From Candidatus Daviesbacteria bacterium (GTDB taxonomy: Bacteria > Patescibacteriota > Microgenomatia > Daviesbacterales > UBA10151), in contig JACOXI010000003.1 in assembly GCA_016176335.1 (NCBI GenBank), positions 258,477 to 322,476 of the forward strand: a DNA stretch of 64,000 nt, read 5' to 3'. Position numbers and translations under genes: made by a program. The notes beneath the pieces were generated by a model. The model ran no database searches. It saw nothing but the letters and a program-made list of their open reading frames with translations, and was not told the DNA's origin. Below, in pieces: positions 39,205 to 48,847 of the stretch (positions are counted from its first letter, which is position 1; each line of letters begins with the position of its first letter).

Positions 39205-40244
39205 GGATTTAAATACTCCGAACTGACGGCAGGAACGTACGCCACAAAATTGGGTCCCTCAAAAACAAAAATCGGTTGCAAATACGGCGAGTAGTTTTGA
39301 GAAAGGTAATATCCAAGATAAACAGAAGTGATGGATACTTGGGGTTTATCAGGTTCCAAAACTACAACTCCTCCCCCTCCTTTTAAATCCTCAAAAGCTT
39401 GTTCGGCAGATTTGGTAAGATACGTTGCAAATGTGGTATTATCCAATACATAATAAGTAAAGTTTGCTGAAAGGTAATTTCCCAAATTGGCAGCCGAACC
39501 TAAAACAGTTGCCTTAACCAAAGCCTCGTTAAAATTGGGGGTAAAAATAGATTTTCCATCGATTGCTTTTGGCCAAATTGACACTTGGGCTGCAATAGCT
39601 TCGGATCTTAAAGTAGTGGAGATAAGTTTTTCACCATCCTTTTTTAAGAGAGTAATTTTAGTGCGACCTTCTCTTAAATCCCCGTTTAGATAACCTAGGG
39701 ATTCTAGAAATCTTTCAAAGTCGGAAAGAAGTTTGTTATCATCATCCAAGTTTTCAGCCCCCGAAATAGTTGCCTCCTTGGTGTAGGAAAAATTACCGGT
39801 ATCCAAATCAACAAGTAAGCTTTTACCATTTTCTTTAAATTTATATTGAGTTTCACTTAAGATTTGTGGGGAGGTAAGTATTGCAAACTTTTTTGCCAAG
39901 TCCTCGCTTCTTTCGGGCGATAAAAGTGTGGCAAAAGACTTCACAATAAAATATACTTTAATAATTTTTTCAAAGCCGGTATCTTGTCCAACCTTCGGTA
40001 ATCCTCCTGTTTTAGTATCCAAAGAATAAGAAAAATTGGAGGAAGATACGGCGGCAGTTGGAAAATCAGGGTAGGGTAGAAAGCCAAATTTTGTATCGGG
40101 TTTTTCTTCAACCCGGGGGATAGTTGACAGATAATAAGCATACCAAATCTTATAACCTATAAAACCCAAAATACCCAAAATTAGCGCTACTGCTGTCAAA
40201 ACAATAATTTGTCTACTTAAAATTGCAGTTTGAGTTAGAGTCAT
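39201..40244 (-). CDS. Hypothetical membrane-anchored protein
   Basis: N-terminal TM; C-terminal LGYY...YLQPIFVFEG...AYVPAV. Confidence 0.8.
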   Translation of the reverse strand: MTLTQTAILSRQIIVLTAVALILGILGFIGYKIWYAYYLSTIPRVEEKPDTKFGFLPYPDFPTAAVSSSNFSYSLDTKTGGLPKVGQDTGFEKIIKVYFIVKSFATLLSPERSEDLAKKFAILTSPQILSETQYKFKENGKSLLVDLDTGNFSYTKEATISGAENLDDDNKLLSDFERFLESLGYLNGDLREGRTKITLLKKDGEKLISTTLRSEAIAAQVSIWPKAIDGKSIFTPNFNEALVKATVLGSAANLGNYLSANFTYYVLDNTTFATYLTKSAEQAFEDLKGGGGVVVLEPDKPQVSITSVYLGYYLSQNYSPYLQPIFVFEGPNFVAYVPAVSSEYLNP

Positions 40245-40301
40245 AGTTTTTGTTGCGAGCCTCTACTGTTATTATACAGGATCGAAAGGTATAATATGTT
40301 T

Positions 40302-41627
40302 ATGAACGTGAGAGTCAGGATTGCCCCATCCCCAACAGGATCACCACATATCGGGACTGTTTGGCAAGCCCTTTTTGATTTTGTTTTTGCCAAAAAAAAA
40401 CATGGCAAATTTATTTTGCGGATTGAAGATACAGACAGGGCAAGATATGTTGCCGAAAGCGAACAGGAAATTGTCGAAACATTTAAATGGTTAGGTTTTG
40501 AGTTTGATGAAGGTCCCAATATTGGGGGGGATTTTGGTCCGTATAGACAATCGGAAAGGCTTGAGATATACGAAAAGTTTGCCAGGGAGTTGGTGAAAAA
40601 GGGTACGGCTTTTGCAGATGAAGGAGCAGTCAGATTTAAGACAAAAAAGACAGGAGTAACCTCTTGGCACGATTTGGTGGGAAGTAAGCTGATAACTTTT
40701 GAAAATTCCACACAGGATGATTTTGTGATTTTAAAATCAGACGGATATCCCACATATAACTTTGCCAATGTTGTGGATGACCATTTAATGGAGATAACCC
40801 ATGTGATCAGAGGGAATGAATTTATCTCATCTACCCCAAAGCATTTGATGATATATGAATCCTTTGGTTGGCAGCCTCCTCAATTTGCCCATCTGCCGGT
40901 TTTGGTTGGGGCCGATCGGAGTAAATTATCTAAAAGACACGGGGCAAAATCCGCACTGGAGTTTAAAAAAGAAGGATACTTGAAAGAGGCGATCCTAAAT
41001 TTTCTGGCTCTTTTAGGGTGGACACACCCGGAAGGCAGGGAAATTTTCACTATAGATGAGATGATAGGTCTTTTTAATTTTAAAGATTTTAACTTGGCAT
41101 CGGCTTTTTTTGATACTACAAAGCTTGACTGGTTGAATGGGGAATATATTAGGAAATCTCAAAACTCAAAACTCAAAAGTCAAATTTTGGAATATTTAAA
41201 AGATATCTCAGGTGGGGCAATCGAGCATCCCACAGAGCAGGAAGTTGAGAAAGTAATACCGCTTATTAAAGAGCGGATTAAGAAATTATCAGATTTTATT
41301 CCTCTGACAGATTTTCTTTGGGAAAAGGCTGAATATGATTTACAAATATTTCAAAAATTAAATATTAAAGATCAAAAAGAAATTCTAACCAAAATTATAG
41401 AAGAGCTGAAAAACATGGAAAGACCTTGGAAGGCAGATATTTTTGAGGCAACCTTTAGGAAACTGGCAGAGGATTTGGGATTATCAGCTGCACAAGTTTT
41501 TCAACTAATCAGAGTGGCAGTGTCAGGCCAATTAGTTACTCCGCCTCTTTTTGAAAGCATCCAGATATTGGGAGAAAATGAGACTGTCAAAAGAGTTAAT
41601 GAAGTTGCAAACATTATAGGTTCGTGA
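40302..41627 (+). CDS. gltX: Glutamyl-tRNA synthetase
   Basis: RIAPSPTG.PHIG, RIEDTD, YRQSER, DDHLM.ITHVIRG, KLSKR. Confidence 0.97.
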   Translation: MNVRVRIAPSPTGSPHIGTVWQALFDFVFAKKKHGKFILRIEDTDRARYVAESEQEIVETFKWLGFEFDEGPNIGGDFGPYRQSERLEIYEKFARELVKKGTAFADEGAVRFKTKKTGVTSWHDLVGSKLITFENSTQDDFVILKSDGYPTYNFANVVDDHLMEITHVIRGNEFISSTPKHLMIYESFGWQPPQFAHLPVLVGADRSKLSKRHGAKSALEFKKEGYLKEAILNFLALLGWTHPEGREIFTIDEMIGLFNFKDFNLASAFFDTTKLDWLNGEYIRKSQNSKLKSQILEYLKDISGGAIEHPTEQEVEKVIPLIKERIKKLSDFIPLTDFLWEKAEYDLQIFQKLNIKDQKEILTKIIEELKNMERPWKADIFEATFRKLAEDLGLSAAQVFQLIRVAVSGQLVTPPLFESIQILGENETVKRVNEVANIIGS

Positions 41628-41640
41628 TAATATCGCCACC

Positions 41641-41985
41641 ATGGAGGATCCCAGGTGGCTGCGACTAATAACTATCGGGTTGGTTTTGGCAGCCTTGGCT
41701 GTTGGTTATTTTCTTTTAACAGGCAGGTTATCTCCAAATAGCACAACCAGGACACAAACTCAAGTGAATAAGGCAGTTGAATCCCCAACTCCTAATGCAG
41801 TTCCCGGCGTTACTCCGCCATCTTCTCCCACCCCTACCCCTGCTTCTGCCTATTCCAGAATAGTTGAGCGTACTCAAGATGGAGTAAAGAGTTTGCCTAA
41901 GACTGGTTTTCCGCAGGCTTTGTTAACAGTTATTTCAATTGGGGTAATGATCTCCGGTTTGGGTCTTCGTAAGTTTCCGTATTAA
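41641..41985 (+). CDS. Small Pro/Thr-rich protein with an LPxTG-type sorting signal
   Basis: N-terminal TM, PTP linker, LPKTG followed by hydrophobic stretch and RK. Confidence 0.7.
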   Translation: MEDPRWLRLITIGLVLAALAVGYFLLTGRLSPNSTTRTQTQVNKAVESPTPNAVPGVTPPSSPTPTPASAYSRIVERTQDGVKSLPKTGFPQALLTVISIGVMISGLGLRKFPY

Positions 41986-41988
41986 TTC

Positions 41989-42546
41989 TTAATCTGTTTT
42001 TCCGCTTAGGAGAGCATCAATTATATCGTGAGGTAGCGCCGCCGCATTTAGCAGAGCTTTTCTGACTAAACTGCCTGCTTCTGATCCAATTTCATCAGCT
42101 GCTTTAAGAATTCCCATGACAGCACTTTTTGCCAGTTCCCCTGAATCTGCCCCAATATCACCGGCTGCTTGAATAGCTCCCTCAACAGAAGAGATAGCTA
42201 CTCCCCCAATATCTCCACCGACCTTGGAGGTGGTTTTTACAGCTTGTGATGCAGCCTCACCTGCTGCTTCGGTTGCGTTTACTCCAGTATCTTTTGCTCC
42301 ATCCACCACACCTCTGACTAAACCTGTGACTCCATCTGTTAAGGAGGCCCCTGTTCCGGATATAGTTTCCAAACCTTCACCTACAACCTGGTCAATTGTT
42401 TGAAGGCCGGTGCTTGCCACATCTCCTGCTCCAGAAATAAGCTTGACAACGTTTTCCCGAGCTACATTTTGTACAGTTGAGGCCACATCACCTGCACCGG
42501 AGACAACTGAAGAAAGAGCATTTTTAAAATCGTCGGTTACAGACAT
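41989..42546 (-). CDS. Ala/Gly/Val-rich repetitive hypothetical protein
   Basis: Repeated SGAGDVAST and amphipathic repeats. Confidence 0.75.
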   Translation of the reverse strand: MSVTDDFKNALSSVVSGAGDVASTVQNVARENVVKLISGAGDVASTGLQTIDQVVGEGLETISGTGASLTDGVTGLVRGVVDGAKDTGVNATEAAGEAASQAVKTTSKVGGDIGGVAISSVEGAIQAAGDIGADSGELAKSAVMGILKAADEIGSEAGSLVRKALLNAAALPHDIIDALLSGKTD

Positions 42547-42633
42547 TAAATTTAGAGTAACATTAGTAATTTATTTAGTCAATACCCCGTATTAGCTATG
42601 GGTATTATAAATTGATATAATCATCCCGCATAT

Positions 42634-42704
42634 TGCGGGATGGTGAAATGGTATCACAACTGGCTCTGAACCAGTTATTCTAGGTTCAAATCCTAGTCCC
42701 GCAG
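42634..42704 (+). tRNA. tRNA-Gln(CTG)
   Basis: Acceptor TGCGGGA/TCCCGCA, anticodon arm ACTGG-CTCTGAA-CCAGT, T arm CTAGG-TTCAAAT-CCTAG. Confidence 0.95.
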
Positions 42705-42811
42705 CCCTTCGACTTCGTCCCAATAAATTGGGACTTCGCTCAGGGCTATAGCCTTTTACTTTCATAAAGTAGAAGTCGAAGGCCCTGAGTGAGCGTAGCG
42801 AATCGAAGGGC
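42704..42811. repeat. Inverted pair of nested REP-like palindromes between tRNA-Gln and the GIY-YIG gene
   Basis: GCCCTTCGACTTCG[...]CTCAGGGC and GCCCTGAGT[GAGCGTAGCGAA]TCGAAGGGC. Confidence 0.85.
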
Positions 42812-42823
42812 TATAATAATATC

Positions 42824-43096
42824 ATGCCCTATGTAGTTTATATTCTTAGAACCTCTTCCAGCACTCTCTATATTGGTCAAACTAATAACCTGGAAAAAAG
42901 ATTAAAAGAACATCAAAGCAAATCCTCAAGATCAGCCAAATATATAAAATACTTTCAGTCTTCTACCTTAGTATATTCAGAAACATACAATTCTAGAACT
43001 GAAGCCATTACAAGAGAATGGCAGTTAAAAAGATGGACAAAAGCAAAAAAAGAAGCGTTGATCAAAGGCGATACAAACTTATTGAAAAAGTTATAA
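42824..43096 (+). CDS. Stand-alone GIY-YIG nuclease (UPF0213-like)
   Basis: YVVYIL...LYIGQTNNLEKRLKEH...EAITREWQLK..KAKKEALI. Confidence 0.92.
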   Translation: MPYVVYILRTSSSTLYIGQTNNLEKRLKEHQSKSSRSAKYIKYFQSSTLVYSETYNSRTEAITREWQLKRWTKAKKEALIKGDTNLLKKL

Positions 43097-43144
43097 AATA
43101 CAGCCAAGACGGGCATCCTAAACAATCGAGGTGTCTTTAATGCT

Positions 43145-44626
43145 ATGCCAAAAATAAAATCATCGGAGCAACAACTATCGCGAGAATCATTAAATGAGTT
43201 AAAACTCCTGATTGAAAAAAAAGGATGGAGTCTCGTACCAATCCATCTCGAGGATGATTTTGGGGCTGACGGGCAAGTAGAACTTTTTGTCCGAAAGAAA
43301 AAAGATTACGAATATAGTCCTTATTCTTTCAAGTTTCAGTTGAAATCGACAACTTCTGGTAAAAATACAGAAGATTTTAGTCTTATTGATTTGAAGACAT
43401 GGTGTCATAGTCCCATTCCTTTCTTTCTGTTTTTTTGGAATAAAGCTGAAAATAAATTTTACTGGATAAACCTACATGAATTTTGTAACAATTTAGAATT
43501 AACCAGCCCAGAAAAATTCGAGCAGACTTATTTAAAAATTAACTTTGAGAACGAGCTAAACGTGGATAGTTTTAACCTTATTGAGATGAACACAAGAAAC
43601 CTTTGCAAAATGGCGGCGAGGGCAATTAATGATAACGTAGGTAAACAAGTTGCCGTTGGGGATCTTGCTAAACAGGGAGAACCAATCATAGCTCTCGGCT
43701 ATTCTTTTAAAAAAGCTGATCTTTCAAAAATGGATATGAGGAAGGCAATTATGATGGGTATTGATTTTAATAATGCTGATCTTTCTCATGCAGATATGAG
43801 ATCAGGTGCATTTATGGGAGCAAATTTTAAAGGCGCTAATTTAGATGGAGCAGATCTTCGAAGTTGTAGTTTTATGGGCGCGTTTCTTGAAAAAGCTAAA
43901 TTAAGAACAGTAAAACTGCAGGGAGCGGCTTTTATGGGAGCGTTTGTGGAGGGAGCAGATTTTTCAGGAGCTGAATGGGATGATATTTCCCTATGGTCAA
44001 TAAGCAAATCCTATGATTTCGAAAAGGCCATATTTGATGAAGGTATTTTAGGTAAAATTGTTAAACTGGGCAAAATAAACAATCTTGCTGTTAATAATTT
44101 ATCTGTTGTAAATAATAAACAAGATATTTCTGTTATAGACAAATGGATTGCAGTTAAAACTGAAAACGAACAGGGCGCTGATTATCGGTCGGTTCCGCTT
44201 GAGGGTAAACCGTTAAATAAAATTACCTTTAGGATTAAACCCATGTCGCCTTTTTGGAGAGCAGGTTTGAAAATTGTTGATCCCAACGGCTCATTCCTAC
44301 CATTAAGAAGCGTGAATAGTATTCTTTTCCATTTGGGATCTACAGTAACTAATAATTTTTTCGGTATTACCGCGTATGTAAATGGTGAATTAGTAGGAGC
44401 TGTTAATAAATCCTTGAAATATGACCCCCTTCAATCAATAATAATTAGTTTCGAGGTTAACCAAAATAACTTCGTTAAGTTTTTTGTGAATGGATCTGTC
44501 GAATTTGAACCGAACGAGAGAATAAACCCTCGTCTATTAAAAAAGGCTTGTCTAGTTGCATGGGGTGATATTAATGACTACAAGGTTGGATTTGATGAGA
44601 TAAAATTTTTACCGAGAGCGGCATAG
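43145..44626 (+). CDS. DUF4365-like PD-(D/E)xK nuclease domain plus pentapeptide repeats plus beta-rich C-terminal domain
   Basis: DFGADGQVE...FKFQLKS; ADLS/ANLD/AFMGA pentapeptide repeats. Confidence 0.75.
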   Translation: MPKIKSSEQQLSRESLNELKLLIEKKGWSLVPIHLEDDFGADGQVELFVRKKKDYEYSPYSFKFQLKSTTSGKNTEDFSLIDLKTWCHSPIPFFLFFWNKAENKFYWINLHEFCNNLELTSPEKFEQTYLKINFENELNVDSFNLIEMNTRNLCKMAARAINDNVGKQVAVGDLAKQGEPIIALGYSFKKADLSKMDMRKAIMMGIDFNNADLSHADMRSGAFMGANFKGANLDGADLRSCSFMGAFLEKAKLRTVKLQGAAFMGAFVEGADFSGAEWDDISLWSISKSYDFEKAIFDEGILGKIVKLGKINNLAVNNLSVVNNKQDISVIDKWIAVKTENEQGADYRSVPLEGKPLNKITFRIKPMSPFWRAGLKIVDPNGSFLPLRSVNSILFHLGSTVTNNFFGITAYVNGELVGAVNKSLKYDPLQSIIISFEVNQNNFVKFFVNGSVEFEPNERINPRLLKKACLVAWGDINDYKVGFDEIKFLPRAA

Positions 44627-44686
44627 AACATAGTAAATGAGTCATAAGGATAGAAGGGTTCGAAACCGATACGTTCAGCTTTTAAA

Positions 44687-44782
44687 ATGATTAAACTTGT
44701 TGCTTTTGATTGGAACGGAACTATTTTTGCAGATACTCATGCAATTTTCGAGAGTGAAATAGGGATTATGCGCAAGATGTAG
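44687..44782 (+). pseudogene. 5' fragment of a HAD hydrolase
   Basis: MIKLVAFDWNGTIFAD... (HAD motif I) stops after 31 codons. Confidence 0.65.
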
Positions 44783-44817
44783 TTGAACTATAGGGTGATT
44801 GGTGATATACTACAAAA

Positions 44818-45597
44818 ATGGGAAAAGAAGAAGAACGTATTGCCTATCTCCGACAAACTCCTATGGAGATTGGAACAATTCAAGCACGATATAGAACGGC
44901 GCTTGAAGTTGCACAGAGATTATTAGGAGATAAGACTTCTCTTTGGTTAGATATTGGATCCAATCTTGGATTTGGATTACAGGAGTTATGTCCATCTATA
45001 AACAGAGTGATAGCAGTTGATATAGACCCTGAATATATCCAGCTAGCATCAGAAAGAAATCCTCAGGTAAGAGGAGTAGCAATGGACGGTTGCCAACTTG
45101 GTTTTCCTAATGAGCGTTTTGATTTAGTAAGTTTATTTGAAGTGATTGAGCACACGGGAGAAGTACAGCAAAGAAATTTACTTGCGGAAGCAAACAGAAT
45201 TCTCAAACCTGAAGGGATACTCCTTCTGTCTACCCCAAATAAAGACGCTCATGGTAGAAGACAAATGGGTATTGATCACGAAAGAGAACTAAGACCTCAA
45301 GAACTTAAACAGCTGTTAGCAGAAGGAGGATTTATTATTCAGGATACCTTTGGACAAATATTTTTAAATGGCAGCTTATTTCACGATATACTTCAGAATG
45401 TAAGAGTAAACCCTTTAGCTACTTTTATATATTATCAACTTATTCCGTTTTCTTTAAGAAGGGGTATAAGCGATTTTACTCTTTCTTCTCAAAGTCCATT
45501 ACAGGTAAGAAGCCCCAAACCATACGAGATACCAAGAATAATGTTTGTTGTTTGTCAAAAAAACTTCAACAGTTCGTTTGAAGACTACACTACATAA
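44818..45597 (+). CDS. Class I SAM-dependent methyltransferase
   Basis: LDIGSNLG, AVDID, FDLVSLFEVIEH, LKPEG...STPN. Confidence 0.9.
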   Translation: MGKEEERIAYLRQTPMEIGTIQARYRTALEVAQRLLGDKTSLWLDIGSNLGFGLQELCPSINRVIAVDIDPEYIQLASERNPQVRGVAMDGCQLGFPNERFDLVSLFEVIEHTGEVQQRNLLAEANRILKPEGILLLSTPNKDAHGRRQMGIDHERELRPQELKQLLAEGGFIIQDTFGQIFLNGSLFHDILQNVRVNPLATFIYYQLIPFSLRRGISDFTLSSQSPLQVRSPKPYEIPRIMFVVCQKNFNSSFEDYTT

Positions 45598-46592
45598 CCT
45601 ATGGTTAAAAGGTTATCATCAAATCTTTTGTATGAAAGATTTTTTAAATGTATGGATTGTGAGATAGTTTGAACTCCTTGTCCAGCTATGGCACTGATGG
45701 CCTTTTTTCCACCAACAAGGATAGGAGCATGAAAGGCATATACTTTATCAACCACTTTGGCATCCACAAAACTTCCCAAAACACTTCCTCCTCCCTCCAC
45801 CAAAATACTGATTATTTCTTTTTCCCTCAAGACTGATAAAAGATCATGGATTTTTTTAGCTTTTATAATTAAGACATTTTGATCCCGCAAAACTTGGGCA
45901 TCATCTGGAATTTGCACTCTTTGGCCCAGGATGATCCGTAGCGGGTCTTTTTTCCCTTTCATCCTCACACCTAAATGGGGATTATCTTTTAAAACTGTAT
46001 TTATTCCCACCAAAACTGCCTGATACTGCCCCCGCAAACTTCTGGCATATTTCCTTGCCTTTTCATTGGTAATCCATTTTGATTCACCGGTTCTGGTGGC
46101 AATTTTACCATCCAAGGAGGCTGCAAATTTTAGGGCAATAAAAGGACGCTTTTTCTCATGAAATGTAAAAAATGCTTCATTTAAGGTTCGTGCCTCACTC
46201 TCTAACACTCCTACTAAAACTTCAATCCCTGCTTTTTGCAATTTAGCTAAGCCAAAACTTCGGACCTTTGGGTTTGGATCCAGTGTCGCACAAACCACTC
46301 TGGTTATTCCCGCTTGGATGATGGTATCAACGCAGGGTGGTGTTTTGCCAAAATGGGAGCAGGGTTCCAGATTAACATATAATGTTGCTCCTTTTGGATT
46401 TTCTTTACACTTTTGCAGTGCCTCAATTTCCGCGTGTGGCAGACCAAATACTTTATGATAACCTTTTCCGATCATCCTGCCGCCCTTTACAATAAGGGCT
46501 CCAACCATAGGATTAGGATATGTCCAGCTCACCCCTTTTTTGGCAAGTTTTAATGTTTCATTAATGAAAAATTCATCTTGGGTATAAGTCAT
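45585..46592 (-). CDS. ribD: Riboflavin deaminase/reductase
   Basis: PNPMVGA, HAE, LEPCSH.GKTPPC, SLDGKIA, VEGG. Confidence 0.96.
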   Translation of the reverse strand: MTYTQDEFFINETLKLAKKGVSWTYPNPMVGALIVKGGRMIGKGYHKVFGLPHAEIEALQKCKENPKGATLYVNLEPCSHFGKTPPCVDTIIQAGITRVVCATLDPNPKVRSFGLAKLQKAGIEVLVGVLESEARTLNEAFFTFHEKKRPFIALKFAASLDGKIATRTGESKWITNEKARKYARSLRGQYQAVLVGINTVLKDNPHLGVRMKGKKDPLRIILGQRVQIPDDAQVLRDQNVLIIKAKKIHDLLSVLREKEIISILVEGGGSVLGSFVDAKVVDKVYAFHAPILVGGKKAISAIAGQGVQTISQSIHLKNLSYKRFDDNLLTIGYVV

Positions 46593-46597
46593 GGGAA

Positions 46598-47824
46598 TTA
46601 AACCTCTCTTAGATGGTGAGACAGTTTTTGTTTTTTGGTGGCAAGATATTGTTTATTATTTTTATTAGGTTTTATTTCCAGTGGCACAGTTTGTAAAACA
46701 TCTATACCAAAACTGGAAAGTTGCTGCTCTTTATCCGGATTATTAGTTAAAAGATATATTTTTGAAATACCTAAATCTTTTAACATATCTGCTGCAATTT
46801 TGTAGCCGCGAGCATCAATCGGTAAGCCTAATTTGGTATTTGCTTCAACAGTATCAAGACCCAGATCTTGCAGTGCATAGGCTTTTATCTTATTTGTTAA
46901 TCCAATTCCTCTTCCTTCCTGATTTAGATAGAGAATTACACCCTGCCCCTTTTTTTGAATCAGCTTCATGCTCTGGTGTAGTTGCGCTCCACAATCACAC
47001 CTAAGTGACAGTAGAGTATCACCTGTTAGACATTGAGAGTGTACTCTGGTCAGTATTGGGTTTGTAATTTTGCCTAAAAGCAGTACCACATGCTCACTTT
47101 GATCAGCCAGAGATTTGTAAATGAATAATTTAAATGTGCCATATTTAGTAGGCAAGAGCGAATAGGCTGTTTTTACCAGCTCTTCTTTCTCTTTTGTTTC
47201 TCCCAAGGGGTGTTTTTTAAGATATTTAACCAGTCCCTCAATTGCCACAATTTTAATATGTAATTTTTGGGCCAGTTTTTTAAGATCAGCTAATCTGGCC
47301 ATCCTGCCATCACTTCCTATAATTTCACAAATCACTCCTGCCGGGTTAAAACCCGCAAGTTGAGAAAGATCTACTGCTGCTTCGGTATGACCGGCTCTTT
47401 TTAACACCCCGCCCGTTTTGGCCACCAGACCAAAAACATGACCTGGTTTTATCAAATCTTCCGGTTTTGATCTGGGGTTTGCTAAAATTTTAATGGTCTT
47501 TAGCCGATCAAAAGCAGATATCCCTGTTGAAACATTGTTTTTAGCATTGACTGAAACAGTAAAGTTTACTTTGGTTTTTTCGGTATTTTCCCAAGGTGGA
47601 GCCATCAACGGTAAGTGTAGACGGTGGGCTTGAGATTGGGTAATGGCACAACAAATAAGACCTCCCCCCTGGCGAATCATGGTGATTAGATGCTGAAGTT
47701 TTAGCTGATCAGCCGGTATATAAAAATCAGCCTCATTCTCACGCTTAGGATGATCTACTAAAATTAACATATTGCCTTTTTTAATCTGTTCTAAAGCCAC
47801 AGATATGCTTGAGAAATTACTCAT
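46598..47824 (-). CDS. ribBA: Bifunctional DHBP synthase/GTP cyclohydrolase II
   Basis: RENEAD, PGHVF, GHTEAAVDL; RVHSQCLTGD...CDCG, QEGRGIGL, TNNPDK. Confidence 0.96.
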   Translation of the reverse strand: MSNFSSISVALEQIKKGNMLILVDHPKRENEADFYIPADQLKLQHLITMIRQGGGLICCAITQSQAHRLHLPLMAPPWENTEKTKVNFTVSVNAKNNVSTGISAFDRLKTIKILANPRSKPEDLIKPGHVFGLVAKTGGVLKRAGHTEAAVDLSQLAGFNPAGVICEIIGSDGRMARLADLKKLAQKLHIKIVAIEGLVKYLKKHPLGETKEKEELVKTAYSLLPTKYGTFKLFIYKSLADQSEHVVLLLGKITNPILTRVHSQCLTGDTLLSLRCDCGAQLHQSMKLIQKKGQGVILYLNQEGRGIGLTNKIKAYALQDLGLDTVEANTKLGLPIDARGYKIAADMLKDLGISKIYLLTNNPDKEQQLSSFGIDVLQTVPLEIKPNKNNKQYLATKKQKLSHHLREV

Positions 47825-48264
47825 AGTTTTGACATCAGTCTGATCATTTCTAAAGCAGTCAAAGCTGCTTCCACTCCCTTATTTTCTTTTTTACGAGTTG
47901 CCCGCCCTATTGCATCTTTGAGATCATAAACTGCCAATACCTCAAAAATAACAGGAATTTCATATTGTAAGGATACTTCCATACAACCCCTGGCGCACTC
48001 CATCCCAATTTGCTCAAAATGGTAAGTTTTGCCTTTGACTATTGCCCCAAAGGCAATAATGGCGTCATATTTTCTTTTTTTGGCCAAAATTTTAGCCAGT
48101 AAAGGTATTTCTAAAGATCCGGGTACTCTAAAGATGTCTACCTGATCCCTACCTATCCCTTTTTTGGAAAGTGTAGTAAGGCAATTTTTCTGCAAGCTTT
48201 TCGTTACTTCTTCTCTGAAGCTACTACCTACAATGGCGATTTTAATATCTTTAATTTTTTTCAT
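47821..48264 (-). CDS. ribH: 6,7-dimethyl-8-ribityllumazine synthase
   Basis: VPGSLEIP, GAIVKGKTYHFE, NKGVEAA. Confidence 0.95.
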   Translation of the reverse strand: MKKIKDIKIAIVGSSFREEVTKSLQKNCLTTLSKKGIGRDQVDIFRVPGSLEIPLLAKILAKKRKYDAIIAFGAIVKGKTYHFEQIGMECARGCMEVSLQYEIPVIFEVLAVYDLKDAIGRATRKKENKGVEAALTALEMIRLMSKL

Positions 48265-48847
48265 GTCCTTTTCCTTTTAACAGTTTTCTTGTGTATTTGG
48301 CTAAAATATCTACTTCAAGATTGACAAAACTACCAATTTTGACGGCGTGTAGCATGGTTGCTCTAAAGGTGTAGGGGGTAATTGCCACTGTAAAAGAATC
48401 TTTTTTGGTTTGGACAATTGTTAAAGAAATGCCATTTACCGCCACTGATCCTTTTTCAACTATAAACTTAGAAAGCCTTGCGGGATGCTTAACTAATAAA
48501 ATTTTGCTGTTTTTTTTGTTTTTAATCTCCTTAATAATGCCCACTCCGTCAACATGACCCTGCACAATATGTCCTGATAGAAAGGTATTCATAGTAACCG
48601 GTAATTCTAAGTTAACTAGGGTATTAGGTTGAAGATTGCCTAGCACTGTTGCCTTAAGGGTTTCTGGCATGACATCAGCATAAATAGTGTTGTTTTTAGC
48701 TTTATTGACAGTTAGGCAAACACCATTAATGGCAATACTGGTGCCTTCAGAGATTTGTTTCATAAGCTTTAGCGGAATTGCAAAGACAAACCCTTCTGGT
48801 GTTCGTTTAACAAATGTTCCTAAATGGGTAATGATGCCAGAAAACAT
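48251..48847 (-). CDS. ribE: Riboflavin synthase alpha chain
   Basis: MFSGII, SIAINGVCLT, VNLE, GHIVQGHVDG, NGISLT. Confidence 0.95.
   Translation of the reverse strand: MFSGIITHLGTFVKRTPEGFVFAIPLKLMKQISEGTSIAINGVCLTVNKAKNNTIYADVMPETLKATVLGNLQPNTLVNLELPVTMNTFLSGHIVQGHVDGVGIIKEIKNKKNSKILLVKHPARLSKFIVEKGSVAVNGISLTIVQTKKDSFTVAITPYTFRATMLHAVKIGSFVNLEVDILAKYTRKLLKGKGHEKN

Noticed and set aside
42581-42606. AATACCCC...GGGTATT resembling a CsoR operator
   Set aside because: The spacer is too long compared with the clear site at 53632, and no metal genes are adjacent.
42704-42811. Palindromic repeats read as a CRISPR array or IS ends
   Set aside because: No regular repeat-spacer periodicity, and no cas gene or transposase in the window.
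42634-45597. tRNA-integrated prophage or genomic island with att sites
   Set aside because: No integrase and no convincing downstream duplicate of the tRNA 3' end; GGTTCGAA near 44657 lacks a matching stem.
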